From the NCBI RefSeq assembly GCF_031769215.1, contig NW_026782082.1, positions 1,054,001 to 1,118,000 on the forward strand: DNA of 64,000 nucleotides. The letters run 5' to 3'. How positions within the stretch are numbered: the stretch's first letter is position 1; every line of letters starts with the position of its first letter. Below, piece by piece: positions 25,585-39,576 of the stretch. The stretch comes from Ylistrum balloti. Taxonomy: Eukaryota. The position numbers were made by a program, and so were the translations under genes. Under the pieces are notes generated by a model that was not told the DNA's origin, made no database searches, and saw nothing but the letters and a program-made list of their open reading frames with translations.

Positions 25585-28009
25585 CACTGTATTTTTTGCT
25601 GAACGACACTGTTTCGTAGGACTTAATTTTTCGCCCCTTTTGTCGTAATATGCGATTTTCGGGGTATCTGTGTACAATGAGCATTGAAGCAAATTAATAC
25701 TGTTATTCTTCGCTTGGTCTTGTTAAATCTTCAACTTATAATGCCGAAATATGTATAATTTTAACTGTAGAATATATTCTTAAAATAGATACCGTTACAC
25801 ATTAAGTAAAAAAGTGATCCCTATCAAATTGTGAGTAGTTTATAAATATATATATATATATTAATCATATATCTTCTAGCTTGATTGAAAAGCATTGATG
25901 TTTACACCTTCTACACAAAATATATACATACTGTCATTGTAAAAATATTTTTGACCAAAACCTACCTAAAATATTTAAGTCAAAAATATGATAAAATGTG
26001 ATTATGTCTGTGTTCTTAAGAATTTTTCCACAAAAATATTTGACATAAAAAAAACAGTCTTCAGTTATTATCCATGAGTACATGCCAGACTGCAACATCA
26101 CCTATCTGTGACAAATAGATGTTAGAATAGTGTTTTAAGGCTCTGACCATTCTGTTGTGAAGGGAAAAAAAGAATTCCTACAATTCCAGTCAGGCAAAAA
26201 TTCCCTACCCACAGTCCTTATATATATATATATATTAAAGTGACCTTGGGTTGGGGAATTCGTACCAAGTCCCTGAGTGCAAATGAAGAGAAATAGGCAG
26301 ATTATCAGTTGAAGCTGAACTTGTGTACCAGATAATTATTTTTAACAAGATATGATAATGAAAACAAAAATTTATTTGTGGATGTACAATGGACACTGAA
26401 TCATTTTAACAGTCTACGTCATCAGATGGATGCACTGATACTTAAGATAAAGTGACCACGAGCAATTACGTTCTTTTTGTCTAGAATGAACAAGATATGA
26501 TTTCATTTTTGATGACTAGAAATCGATATTAAGGGATTTAACCACATTTAAACATAGCTACACTAATTATATAATCAAATTTAGTTCCAAAAGTTTGACC
26601 TTACCTTAAGTAAGGCCACAGAATAGAAACGGTAGGCTTACAGGCCAATGACAAAGCATAGAATTGTTGGCATTTTTACACGAAGTACAATAGACACAGA
26701 TGGGCTTATTACCAGAAATGGGCTTATCACTGGATAAATATAGTTGATGATTTCATCACGTAATTGAATCAAACTTTTTTATTAATTGATCTATTGATTG
26801 CATCATACTAGTGATTGGGTTCAGTAGAGACATCTGAGTGAAACCAAACGACATCTACAACACGAAGTAATTTACAATGTAGATCAATGTATTAGATTGT
26901 ACCTAGACACACCTGTGAATATGTTACATGAACGTATATTTCACAAGCAGTTGATGTCAGTAACTAGGATGGTCTGGCAGAGGTCGTTAGGTCGTACAGT
27001 ACATTGTGTCGTTATACTACACTTTAGTACTTATCTATCTACGCTGTATATATATTACCTGAGACTGTATTACCTTCATACCTGCAGTCACCTTTACCTG
27101 TACAAATTTTATGTCGCTAGCACACCATAGTTATTGTGACAGGTGCTGTATAAATGTCACACTTCCTCAAGAATTACCGGTTATTTTATTCAACAAGATT
27201 TTGTAAATCATATCCTATTTCCTCCAGATTATACATACAAAAGCCAACAGGGCAAAGATTTCCAATTTTATCCTGATTTTAATCTATAACATGAAGGTGG
27301 ATGGAAGATTTTATATAACTGGCTGACACAGCTGGAGAGTATCTGACGTTCATCTTACTTAGATATAATGTCATCCGTAGGCCGGGGATTTTACGAAAAA
27401 TGAGGCCCATGGGAGCATTTTACAGTGAATTCGGGATTACTGTTTGTTGAGAGTCCATTAGATATGTGTGTAGGTTGCGTTGGAAGGAGTTGGGGCTACT
27501 GAAGTTAAGCAAGAAAAAGGGGGCGGGGGGGGGGGGGGGGGGGGGTTAAATAGTTAGAGGAACAGTCCTATATATGTGATAATACAATTTTAATTATATT
27601 TGTTATTTCCCTCTAAGTAGACAGGCACACCGAGTAATTAGAATATAAAATAGCCAGAAAATGGCTGTAAGACATGAATACCACACATCCATCCCTATAA
27701 GTAATATTTCTTTTTCAACTCGCAGAAGATGATCATTAATTACCTTTGACCTTGACCTGTGTTACCATCTTATAACGAGGTGTAACACTTTGTGTAATGA
27801 CACTATAGACACAATATCAAATATATTTATAAATTTAATGATATGACAAGGATTTGGAACCCTTAGTCAGCATCAGGAAATTATTCAAATATTTTAATTG
27901 GGTTTTGTAATTGAAGAAATATATTACCTGACACTAACTTCACCATTAATTATCATTAAGATAGATGATGCATATATCATTAAAAATTCATCAATCATTC
28001 CAAACAACC

Positions 28010-28598
28010 TATCCCCCTGATATATGGGGGTACTTCTACCATCTATAACAGTACTGATATCTGGGGGTACTTCTACCATCTCTAACAGTACTGATATCTG
28101 GGGGTACTTCTACCATCTATAACAGTACTGATATCTGGGGATACTTCTACCATCTCCAACAGTACTGATATCTGGGGGTTACTTCTACCATCTATAACAG
28201 TACTGATATCTGGGGGTACTTCTACCATCTCTAACAGTACTGATATCTGGGGGTTACTTCTACCATCTATAACAGTACTGATATCTGGGGGTACTTCTAC
28301 CATCTCTAACAGTACTGATATCTGGGGGTACTTCTACCATCTCTAACAGTACTGATATCTGGGGGTACTTCTACCATCTCTAACAGTACTGATATCTGGG
28401 GGTACTTCTACCATCTCTAACAGTACTGATATCTGGGGGTACTTCTACCATCTCTAACAGTACTGATATCTGGGGGTACTTCTACCATCTCTAACAGTAC
28501 TGATATCTGGGGGTATCTGGGGGTACTTCTACCATCTATAACAGTACTGATATCTGGGGATATAATAACTTCTACCATCCCTAACAGTACTGATATAT
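28010..28598. repeat. 37-bp minisatellite (CTGATATCTGGGGGTACTTCTACCATCTCTAACAGTA)
   Basis: Period 37 (28091/28128), ~15 copies. Confidence 0.96.
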
Positions 28599-28679
28599 GA
28601 TTGTATAATAACTCTGACACGCAATAGCACAGAAAAGCTTTATTGGCAACCCATAAGTTCTAATTCCATCATGGAACAT

Positions 28680-30735
28680 ACAACTTCCTTGTCTGTCACA
28701 GATCAAACCTGTGACCTACAACTTCCTTTGTCTATCACAGATTAAATTTGTGACCTTCAACTTCCTTGTTCATCACAGATCGAACCATGTGACCTACAAC
28801 TTCCTTGTCTATTACAGATTAAATTTGTGACCTGCATCTGTGACCTGCAACTTCCTTGTCTATTACAGATTAAATCTGTGACCTACAACTTCCTTGTCTA
28901 TTACAGATTAAATTTGTGACCTGCAACTTCGTTTGTCTATTACAGATTAAATCTGTGACATACAAATTCCTTTGTCTATGACAGATTAAATATGTTACCT
29001 ACAATTTCCTTTGTCTATCACAGATCAAACATGTGACCTTCAACTTCCTTGTCTATCACAGATCAAACATGTGACCTACAACTTCCTTGTCTATTACAGA
29101 TTAAATTTGTGACCTTCAACTTCCTTGTTCATCACAGATCGAACCATGTGACCTACAACTTCCTTGTCTATTACAGATTAAATTTGTGACCTGCAACTTC
29201 CTTGTATATTACAGATTAAATTTGTGACCTGCAACTTCCTTGTATATTACAGATTAAATTTGTGACCTGCAACTTCCTTGTATATTACAGATTAAATCTG
29301 TGACCTACAACTCCCTTGTCTATCACAGATCAAACATGTGACCTACAACTTCCTTGTCTATTACAGATTAAATTTGTGACCTTCAACTTCCTTGTTCATC
29401 ACAGATCGAACCATGTGACCTACAACTTCCTTGTCTATTACAGATTAAATTTGTGACCTGCAACTTCCTTGTATATTACAGATTAAATTTGTGACCTACA
29501 ACTTCCTTGTCCATCACAGATCGAACCATGTGACCTACAATTTCCTTGTCTATTACAGATTAAATTTGTGACCTTCAACTTCCTTGTTCATCACAGATCG
29601 AACCATGTGACCTACAACTTCCTTGTCTATTACAGATTAAATTTGTGACCTGCATCTGTGACATGCAACTTCCTTGTCTATTACAGATTAAATTTGTGAC
29701 CTACAACTTCCTTGTCCATCACAGATCGAACCATGTGACCTACAATTTCCTTTGTCTATTACAGATTAAATCTGTGACCTACAACTTCCTTGTCCATCAC
29801 AGATCGAACCATGTGACCTACAATTTCCTTTGTCTATTACAGATTAAATCTGTGACCTACAACTTCCTTGTCCATCACAGATCGAACCATGTGACCTACA
29901 ACTTCCTTGTCTATTACAGATTAAATTTGTGACCTGCAACTTCCTTTGTCTATTACAGATGAAATCTGTGACCGACAACTTCCTTGTCTATCACAGATCG
30001 AACCATGTGACCTACAATTTCCTTTGTCTATTACAGATTAAATCTGTGACCTACAATTTCCTTGTCTATTACAGATTAAATTTGTGACCTTCAACTTCCT
30101 TGTTCATCACAGATCGAACCATGTGACCTACAACTTCCTTGTCTATTACAGATTAAATTTGTGACCTGCATCTGTGACATGCAACTTCCTTGTCTATTAC
30201 AGATTAAATTTGTGACCTACAACTTCCTTGTCCATCACAGATCGAACCATGTGACCTACAATTTCCTTTGTCTATTACAGATTAAATCTGTGACCTACAA
30301 CTTCCTTGTCTAATACAGATTAAATCTGTGACCTGCAACTTCCTTTGTCTATTACAGATGAAATCTGTGACCGACAACTTCCTTGTCTATCACAGATCGA
30401 ACCATGTGACCTACAATTTCCTTTGTCTATTACAGATGAAATCTGTGACCGACAACTTCCTTGTCTATCACAGATCGAACCATGTGACCTACAATTTCCT
30501 TTGTCTATTACAGATTAAATCTGTGACCTACAACTTCCTTGTCCATCACAGATCGAACCATGTGACCTACAACTTCCTTGTCTATTACAGATTAAATTTG
30601 TGACCTGCAACTTCCTTTGTCTATTACAGATTAAATCTGTGACATACAAATTCCTTTGTCTATGACAGATTAAATATGTTACCTACAATTTCCTTTGTCT
30701 ATCACAGATCAAACCAGTGACCTTCAACTTCCTTC
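28680..30735. repeat. ~38-bp minisatellite, ~2 kb, two interleaved variants (GTGACCTACAACTTCCTTGTCTATTACAGATTAAATTT / ...CATCACAGATCGAACCAT)
   Basis: Period 38 (29186/29224). Confidence 0.96.
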
Positions 30736-31937
30736 TTCATAAAGCCCCAGTCCATCACTGAGCAAACCAGCAGCCCACAATGCCCTGGTCCATCATGGAT
30801 TTTGATCCTGTTTACAATGAATATGGGTCAAAATAATTTTTTCACTACCTTTTATTACTATGTGCCAGCAAAGTTCTGACTGCTAAATTCCAAGATATAT
30901 TGGTTATCACCAAGTCAATTGAGTATCCAAGCAAATTGATCCATGTGGCCTTGGAATATATAACAGGTTTATTTAATTCAAATCAGTTAGTACATGCAAG
31001 TTACTGATGTCTTCAGATTCTAGGGCATTAAATATAAAGAACTTCAAAATTTCTCATCTGAGCACATGAAAGACAAAATTAGTTTTCACTGTGTCTCTCT
31101 GTTCTATTCTGCCATTTTTCATTAATATGTACTGTTTTGATTTCTTAAACAGTCTGATTTTAAAGATGTACTGCTCGGAGAAATAAATTCCAATAATAAT
31201 GCATGCAAAATTTATTTGAAATATATCCAATATTTCCAGAGTTATACTCGAAAGACGTCAATTAACAACATGTCAGTGTTAAGTTAAAAGTGTTAACGCT
31301 ATTAACCAAATCACGCCATTAACTTCACTGTCAAAATTAGAAGTCTACAAGCAAAATTTCCTCAGAACGTCATAAAAATTGCCCTTTTCAAGTTTAAAAG
31401 TACAACACTAGATAACAAGCGTAAAAGGCTATAAAAGTCCAAGATATTAAGTTGAAATTCATTTTTTATTGAATTTTGTCTTACTTCAGGTCAAACCGTC
31501 GGAGGAGTACATCCGTAAGGACAGGTTTATCTAGGTATTAGTCATAATTTACAAACCAGTGATTTTTGTAGGGTTTTTTCAAGTGAATCTGCAGCGCCAT
31601 TTCAATTTTGATGTGTACAGATACGAAGGTGGTTTTGAAAATTTCAGTGATTTCCCACAAGAAAATTACGAGTCAAGGACTCAGATATTTTTGAGTCCTA
31701 AAAATCACTGCAAACACTACTTTTAAGTTTGTTTCCATAGAATAACTTTTTTGCAGGCTTGTATCCATGACTTCAGCTTTCAACATTTCTCTAAAATATG
31801 TTTCTTAGAACGCGATATAAAAATACTGTAGTCATTGTCCGCCAGGTATCACAACAATAAATATGTCTGTTGGTTAACAGAGTTGCCATCGTCAAATCCT
31901 CAACAAATCAAAAAACAATCATTTAAGTTTTTCAAAT

Positions 31938-31943
31938 TTTATT
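31938..31943 (-). terminator. Probable Tribbles polyadenylation signal (AATAAA on -), implying a ~1.7 kb 3' UTR
   Basis: TTTATT on +; ~20 nt downstream on - is a U/GU-rich tract (GATTGTTTTTTGATTTGTTG, 31920-31901). Alternative AATAAA hexamers occur at ~32342 and ~33399. Confidence 0.45.
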
Positions 31944-33601
31944 TCGAAAACAAACCATAACACTTGCCAAGTGTAATTTTTTTTTTATAGTTCAGCAAGG
32001 TCATGTGTCTTCTATCAACGTAAAATACTTGGAAAATAAGTAACAAACATTTCACTGGTTATAACCCATCGGATGTTTTAAATTAAAGACAGAATATCTT
32101 ACAATCTTACAATATATATCCAAATACAACGGGCATACTCTTTCCTTTATATTTTTCCAGTCATACAACTTCCATTCACACTGATGTTAAATACTTTTTT
32201 GCTATGACAAAAGATATGGGAGATAATCATGACACGTTTCAGCTAACACAACAGTCACAACACGAGGTACGAGTAGTCCTTACTCAAATAAATAATCTGC
32301 CCTATCTAGTGACATATCTCAACACTCGCATATCAAAAATATTTATTCCCGAAATATATAACCCATTGTTTTTCCTAACATACAACATTTTTATGAAGTA
32401 CAAGCAAGTTATAGAGGTCACTACTTACTGACTTTGCAAGTCAGGTTCACAGAAGAATAAATTTCAAATCTCTACTTGTTCTCTTCACAGATTTAAAATC
32501 GATGTTTTGTAAAAATCTTGAAACCTATTCATTCACTACAAGACATGATAAATATACTTAAGATACTTGTTGATGAGTAGCACTTACTCAAATTAAAATA
32601 TTTATGTAATAAACAGTCCCCGATTAGGGTAGAAAGTTCGCATCGTTCGCGATAGAAGAATGAAAATAAGTTAGATTCAAATCTAGTAGATACTTCAAAC
32701 ACTAATATACCCATTTAAACAACACTTATTCACATTGTATGAAATCAAACGTCACACACACACACAATGTAATGGTAGTGATTTGCAATAAAAAACAATC
32801 TCCATCCCTGTACAATCATTTCACAAGCACACACATGTAAACACATTTACTTCACTCAGTTCAACCACATCTAACATTTATATAGTGCTTGGCACATCTC
32901 ACGGAAACAGAGAGAGAAAAGAACTAGGTTTCTTTTTTTTTAACTTTTTTTTTCATTAAAAGTTTTTTTTCAATTTTTTTTTGTTTCTCCTCAGTGGGGA
33001 ACGAGTTTAAAGACTGGCCATATGCTCGGAATGAACCCACCACAACAGATGTTGTCCAATATTGCAGCTGCCTATAACAACTTGTGTCCACACAAACTTA
33101 TATGATATGACAATTATTTAGATTAAAATGTATCCACGCAACATATCGTCTGTCCCCGTCAGAACAAGTTCCACGAGCAGATTTTTAAATTGCCAATTCA
33201 CAGTTCAATTGCTGCAATCAACACCATCTTGTACCCGTATATAATCTAATGAACAGGTGTAGACTAATCATTTCTGCAGGAGTAAATTTCCTGGCTTCGC
33301 ACCCTGTGCATGTTCCAATTATCAGCATTGCAGAGTGAAAATGTGTGTTTCATTATCAATACTCTAGTTCTTTTTCTAGTCATTTCTGGAATTGGCAATT
33401 TATTATCTACTTTTACACTGGTTGCTGTTAATTGCCAGTTTTTCTTGAAAAAAAAAAAGTTCATCATTTATTTCTCGTCACAAATTTCACTGCAGTATTC
33501 CTTTAAAGTTGGTATCAGATAATCGATCATTTTTCTAGAGGTTTCTTGAGAAACTAGATGCAACTTCATTGGCAGCAACTCGCCGAAGAAATTGTCACAG
33601 C

Positions 33602-34073
33602 TCATACAAAGAAATCTTCCTCTGGTTCGTGTACGATAACATTTGGGACTGCCTGGTCTAAGTTCTTGTGATCTACAATGGTCATGAACCCTATGGGTAG
33701 GGTACCTTGTACCCAGGGGTGTTGTAATACCTCGCCTGCAGTCAGACGTTCAGTTGGTTCACGCCGCAGCAGACTTTTTATGAGACACTTGGCTTTAGAT
33801 GATAACATCTGAGGTACAGTAAACTGACCGCGACGAATTTTCCCAAATAAAGCGCTAGGCTCAGAGTCGTGAAATGGATACCGACCAACCAACATTGTGT
33901 ACAGCATCACCCCAAGGCTCCAAATATCAGCGGATCGACCAGAGTATGTGTCGCTTGTGTGTAGGATCTCGGGGCTAACATATGCCGGACAACCATGTTT
34001 GTCTGCCAATCTATCATCTGCTTCATCTTCCAGCACACATGCATCCTCTAAACCATCCAATCGCAACTGAGTT
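33602..34073 (-). CDS. TRIB2: Tribbles exon 3 ([12 protein letters not shown]...[12 protein letters not shown]...[23 protein letters not shown]...LQHPW...DQAVPN...DFFV*)
   Basis: CTTTCAG acceptor; AG+A=Arg joins exon 2; DFG replaced by GLE; HPW (MEK-binding) and DQxVP (COP1-binding) tail motifs; TGA stop. Exons total 1023 nt = 340 aa + stop. Confidence 0.97.
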
Positions 34074-36206
34074 CTGAAAGACACAAGGCAGTTGAAATTA
34101 ATGGTCATTTGTCACACAAATTGTAAACAATCTACGATAAATCTTTAATATGAAAATTAACTATCATGAACATCATAAAAAATATCATTATTCTAGTCAT
34201 GAAATTAAATAAATGATGTCTAAATGAATTTAATTTAAGTCATCATAATTCTTAATTTAAATGGGTTACTAGAACATACAATAAAAAAACCAGTATCTGT
34301 CATAATGTTGTTAAGTAATATATATCATTGCAAAAAAGTGATCAGTGCATTTAATCTGCTGTCAGTAAATTGACATGATGAAGTGATAATCATGCTAATT
34401 TGTCACAAATTTGTGTCATGTCATTACCAAAACCAACTCGTTCATCATTACAAACAGCCCTCCTATTATTACCAAAGTAGTAGCTTACACAACCTATATG
34501 CTTGAAGACCCAAGTGGGTGTGGCCCCTTCAGGGATAGCAGTACACTCTCCATCAGACAGTAATTACACTCCACACTGTACTGGTGTCAAGGCATGATCA
34601 ACAAGACCTTTATATGTAATTGTAAATGAAGCTAACATGCTGCACCCCGACATCACTAACCACTTTCACAAGTTCCAACATGAGTTAGTGCATTAGAAAC
34701 CATGTCACGCTAACGCCCATTTACAACGACAAAGATTGATACTCAACATATTCCTTCTCTATTTTTAAACAAAGGATTATAAAGTTATTTGAAATCTAGG
34801 AATGTATTGTGGCGTGTCACTTGTCATTTCACCTGTTCAGACAACTAATTAAGGCTACGCCCCAGGTAATACATATATGTATGTGCCGAGGACAAGACCT
34901 AATGTTCATTGTCATTTCCTGTTCTGATCAAGTTATTTCCTCCTAATGCCTCCCGAAACCCACTTAAACCCACTATACCTAAGCAAAGACTTGATTCAGA
35001 ATTTATGCAATAACACTATTTAATGAGGAAATAAGAGTTGCATTTTTGTTTACATAAATTGGTACAAACACCTGAAAAGACCAAACTACGCCACCACATT
35101 TTGGTCTGCGTAAATAAATCTCTATAATTTATTTTTGCTGTTAACAATTTAAATTTCTCAGCTTCCCGCTGGCCTATACAGACAAACAGAGAATAACACT
35201 GCACCTGGGTCTCCCATAAAAAAATCATTAGAGTCTAAATGGCAATGAAGTGCCTTGTCTTTTCATTGTATATCGACTATTTTACTATATGTATATTTCA
35301 TCTCATCGGGATATCCTAATAGCCTGTGACGTAGGTATGTGTTTGGCTGACGCAAGCAGCCAGTGTTTTTGTCCGCCTGACTGATTCATGATATCTGGGC
35401 CACAGGTACATTCTGTGGTAAACAAGTCTTAAAATAGACTCCAGTCAGTCCCACAAAGCCTGGGCTCCTTTTATACAAATAAACACTAAAATTCCTTTAA
35501 ATCTCCCGTAAAAATACTAAAGCTGTGAGGAACTGACTCGTGAATGTGGAGAGTGAGATAAGTTTTACTGCTAGACAACCAGTAACATATATATATCTGC
35601 TACAAGCTTGTGCCTGCACAAAGGGTCGAGGTTCACTGCCGGATGGGTGTGGTTACTTTAGCTCCCAGCTTAATAAATAAGAGAAGTGAATTGGGCGTTA
35701 TGTATTAACTACAAACTTTTGGGTGGAGTTACCTAAATTTTTGCAGTGGAGCAACAACTTCATTGCCCGAGACTGGGTGGAGTCATATACAAACACAATA
35801 CAGAGTTACAATTTAGTAGCTAAGCTGATGGATGAGAAATTTAATGTACACATGTGTAATATACCACACAGAGATGCATGTCAAACAGATCTTCAGGCTC
35901 AACACTGTTAGTACCTACTAATCACACAGTACCACACCCAAAACTACATTATATAGGACACTGATAATATACCAGCCATATCCTTTGTATAAAGGGAGAT
36001 ATTTGTGTTTATCTGTGATAACCCTACATTAGCATATCAACATACGCTGGGTTTGGTATTTTATAATTATAATAAAGGTACACAGTAAGTGATAGCAATT
36101 TGAAAACTGACAGAATTAGGACACTAATTAATTTTTTTTACCATTGGTTTTCAGTTCCTCATGTGGTTTTTCGTAAAAGTTTAATTGATTAAACATTAAT
36201 ATGTAC

Positions 36207-36499
36207 CTTTCTGGGTTTTTGAAAACAAATTTGCGAAGTTTCAGGTCTCGTAGGACAATTCCATTTTCGTGACAGTGATAGACAGCATCAGAGATCTGTT
36301 CAAACAATCGACTAGCTTCCTCTTCCTTCAGACGTTTCTTCTGACGTACATACGAGTGCAAATCGCCATAATGGCGCTCAAAAAACACATAGGCTTTGGT
36401 CTCACCAAGCGTTATCTCACTAATGCTGCTGATGTTTGGATGGCAATCAACCTGCCAATATGTTTCCAGCTCTTCTCTGTATCGATTGATCGGGAAAAT
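36207..36499 (-). CDS. TRIB2: Tribbles exon 2 ([14 protein letters not shown]...HPNI...[55 protein letters not shown])
   Basis: TTGCAG acceptor; AG|GTACAT donor; 293 nt; diagnostic Tribbles catalytic loop [11 protein letters not shown]. Confidence 0.97.
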
Positions 36500-39318
36500 C
36501 TGCAATGACAAACACCATAAGTTAGCACTGTAATTCTAATACACAGTGACAGTCACATCTGCTGCACAGTACAGAAAAATATCATATTTAAAAATTATTG
36601 ATCTCAATGCTGTAATGATCAATTGCATTCATGCTCACTTGTTGCACAAACCAAATGAAATTTTGTGGTCCTGTGTCTCAAAATTATGTCTAAATATAGC
36701 TGTCTGTAAATGTCCAGCAAGTATGTTTGATAAAATTATTGGCTGTGGTTGTAAATATGCCAAGGAAGTAAATTCTACATGTAATATTCAAATTTATGTC
36801 TGAAATGAGTCATGAAAAGAAAGAGAATGCTCATCAACATCAATTCAAGCAAATCTAGGCTTCCTTCATTATTCCTGTATTCCAATCTAATTTACATTGA
36901 AGCCAACTGGTGCCAATCAGATGACACAAACCAAACACTAGCACAATGCAACTTATATATTTCAACATCTTGCAGACCACAATATCAAAATCAATTTTGT
37001 TCCTAACAGACAAGCTAGTGTACAACTAGAACACATCTCAACCCTTTCTGTAATATTAACCTATTGATTTTTGTAGGAATGCCCATTCAACAAAGTCATC
37101 AGTGATCCTGCTTGTTGGTACTACATAAATTCCGACACAGAAATGTTCACAAAAGCCTTAAATTCTCAATGAAAGCAACATTCTGATGGGGAAGTAGCGG
37201 GAAAGAAAAAATCAATTCTCTCGCCTCCATTCAGAGGAATTTAGTAAGAATGACAGCACTACTTCACCTTGCTGCCATTATTGGGTCAATATCGGAGTGG
37301 CACTCCTGATACTGCCACCAAGCCTAACTAAGCCCCAGAACACAGTTCTAGCATCAAGACACTCCCAGTCTATGCCCCATCTGACAAAGAACCATTCCTT
37401 TTATAAGCTATTCAGGCACTCCTCAACAACAAAAGAAAAACATCTCTGCAGGCTTCCTTCATCATCATCATAAATACTTCCAGTTCCATAAAACAGGACA
37501 ATGAAATAACACACATACTAGACTTTGTACTTTATATAAGACCAAAGAACAAACAATAAGAAGATCAATTATTTTAGTTTGTTAGAAAATTCATCAATTG
37601 CTATTTCTTCATTTTCATGTTAAATATATGAAAATAAAAATGGCCCTTTGATACTTTAAATAAAATTGGATCAAATCAGAATTTTATTTCCGTTTTCAAC
37701 TGCTATATTAAGCAGACAAGTTAAAGCTTGCACGCTTAATAAAAACAAAGAATACTGTATAAGTCCGACCTAAACTTCACTAACAGGATCTTGTTTCTGT
37801 AATAAGGTCACTGTGTCTTGACTACATTTACATGTTCCTGAAACTTCCTGGTAGATAAAAATTGTATACGATCACATGACAACCAACACGTAGGTAAGAT
37901 ATACAGCCTGTGTATTGCCGATCAATACTATTTTTTTTCGTGTGTCGTACCTGCCAAGGGCTTTAAATAACCATCAGGAAGTTAAATTTTATTACTTCCC
38001 ATAATTACACATTTCCACAAAGGTACATAAATCTAGCCCTGCCATAATTTAATTTTTTTTTGTGTTAAAGAACTTTTTGAAATAATTTTACATGTCCTGT
38101 ATACTGTCGTTTTTTAAGCATCCACTGTAGTAGCCGCACTGAGAAAATAAATTCAGAAAAATTTATTTTCTTTATTCAGAATTTTGCATTAAAGCATAAA
38201 TTTCCTCCCGACCCAAGTAACAATGATAATCCTTTGCACCCCGCCAAAGTGAACAAAGCCCTATGAGGAGTCCGAGACCGTCAGTTTGATGACTCACAGC
38301 GGCCTATAACCAGCCGATACCTGTGTGTACCTGTAATCAATGGTCCACACACCTGTCCCCACATAAACCAACAGCTTGGATGTCTGTGAATCACGCAGAT
38401 GCATGTAATATACATGTATATATATATCTATATATGTGTGTGTAGGTGCAGAGAAGCAACACAAATCATCATGAGGTACTGCAACACATGTGGGGGCAGA
38501 ATACACCAAGGCCGAGACAATGCCTATTGTTTTGTCGAAGCTTCATTAGCCAGACCAGGAAATACATGGCACCTGGCATGGACTCTTAGACAAAGACCTG
38601 AAGCATACATACTCATCTCCTTGTGAGGGGGAATATGCAGATAAAATCTACAATAATTATAACTTCGTCCTAATTAATACTTCAGTGTTGGTTACAAATT
38701 ATTGAAAATAAATTAATGTAATAAAGTTTTAATTCCTTTGGGTTAGAAAAACATCTGATAAATTCCTTTGTTCATGAACATGGTTTAATAATTTAAACAT
38801 GCTTTGTCCAATTGAGCATACATAAAACTTATCAACAGAATGAAGTGACTATTGCTCAGAGCCTAGAAATTATATGCCATATGCAATACACATAGAAATT
38901 GTGAATATCTGTTTGCAATGGCAATGCTCCTTGCAGGAAGTTTTACTATATAATGTAATACTTTGCAGGAAACCGCTTCAATCTATTTATAAACTACACA
39001 CTCATCATCTTGTCATGATGTAGAAATATTCTTGGCAGTAGAACTGATAACGAACTCTTCAACCCTTGCATACTGGTATAGTGATTAGATCATTCTGTGA
39101 ACACACATCCTGTAACCTCAGGGTATCATACATTGATCTGTGAGTGTATTAACTTTCGGGTCATGACACATACACAAACTCATCATTTTTAAATGGATAT
39201 GACAAGGCTAGAAATGATGCATTTAATATGAATAATGGTACGTCTATTCACTTAGTGATACAAACCTTACAGAAAGTTTTATCTATATTGATATGCATTC
39301 TATTAAATAAATACCAAC

Positions 39319-39576
39319 CTTGCAAACATATTCATCCTTGGTTTGCCAATTAACAGCTTTGTAAGTGTCCCCTTCAATTTGGTCCAGTATTAAGTATTTT
39401 CCAATTTTAGAAACTTTTGATTGTTCATATTTGTCTGGAAAAAGGGGTTGGGAGGGCTGGAGATCTGGACTAAGGGCCCCTTGTACTCCTAAGTTGGAGG
39501 TAGCATCAAAAGTGTCTTTCTTTCGTGGCCCATGACTCGGTATACAAAGTCTGGGCCGGCTTCCTGTTAGGCTCAT
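39319..39576 (-). CDS. TRIB2: Tribbles pseudokinase exon 1 (MSLTGSRPRL...SKIGKYLILDQIEGDTYKAVNWQTKDEYVCK)
   Basis: ATG at 39576; AAG|GTTGGT donor; 258 nt, phase 0; 'IGKYL' and 'CK' (beta3 lysine) as in Tribbles N-lobes. Symbol reflects the usual annotation of the single invertebrate Tribbles. Confidence 0.92.

Larger units (their letters stand above)
23484..25838 (+). mobile_element. Tc1/mariner DNA transposon (Tc1, DD34E), non-functional, ~2.36 kb
   Basis: Perfect 25-bp terminal inverted repeats CTACTCACAATTTGATAGGGATCAC (23484-23508; reverse complement at 25814-25838), in a (TA)n context; encloses a disrupted transposase. Confidence 0.95.

Noticed and set aside
25102-25692. 196-aa - ORF
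   Set aside because: Antisense shadow of the Tc1 transposase C-terminus.
27519-27544. Long G runs (also ~7137, ~17988, ~18576) as functional G-quadruplexes
   Set aside because: Simple homopolymers, prone to slippage and sequencing error; no further support.
36269-36508. + strand 79-aa ORF and other 60-100-aa ORFs in 40-64 kb
   Set aside because: Antisense to Tribbles exon 2, or of chance-expected length with no recognisable domains or splice pattern.
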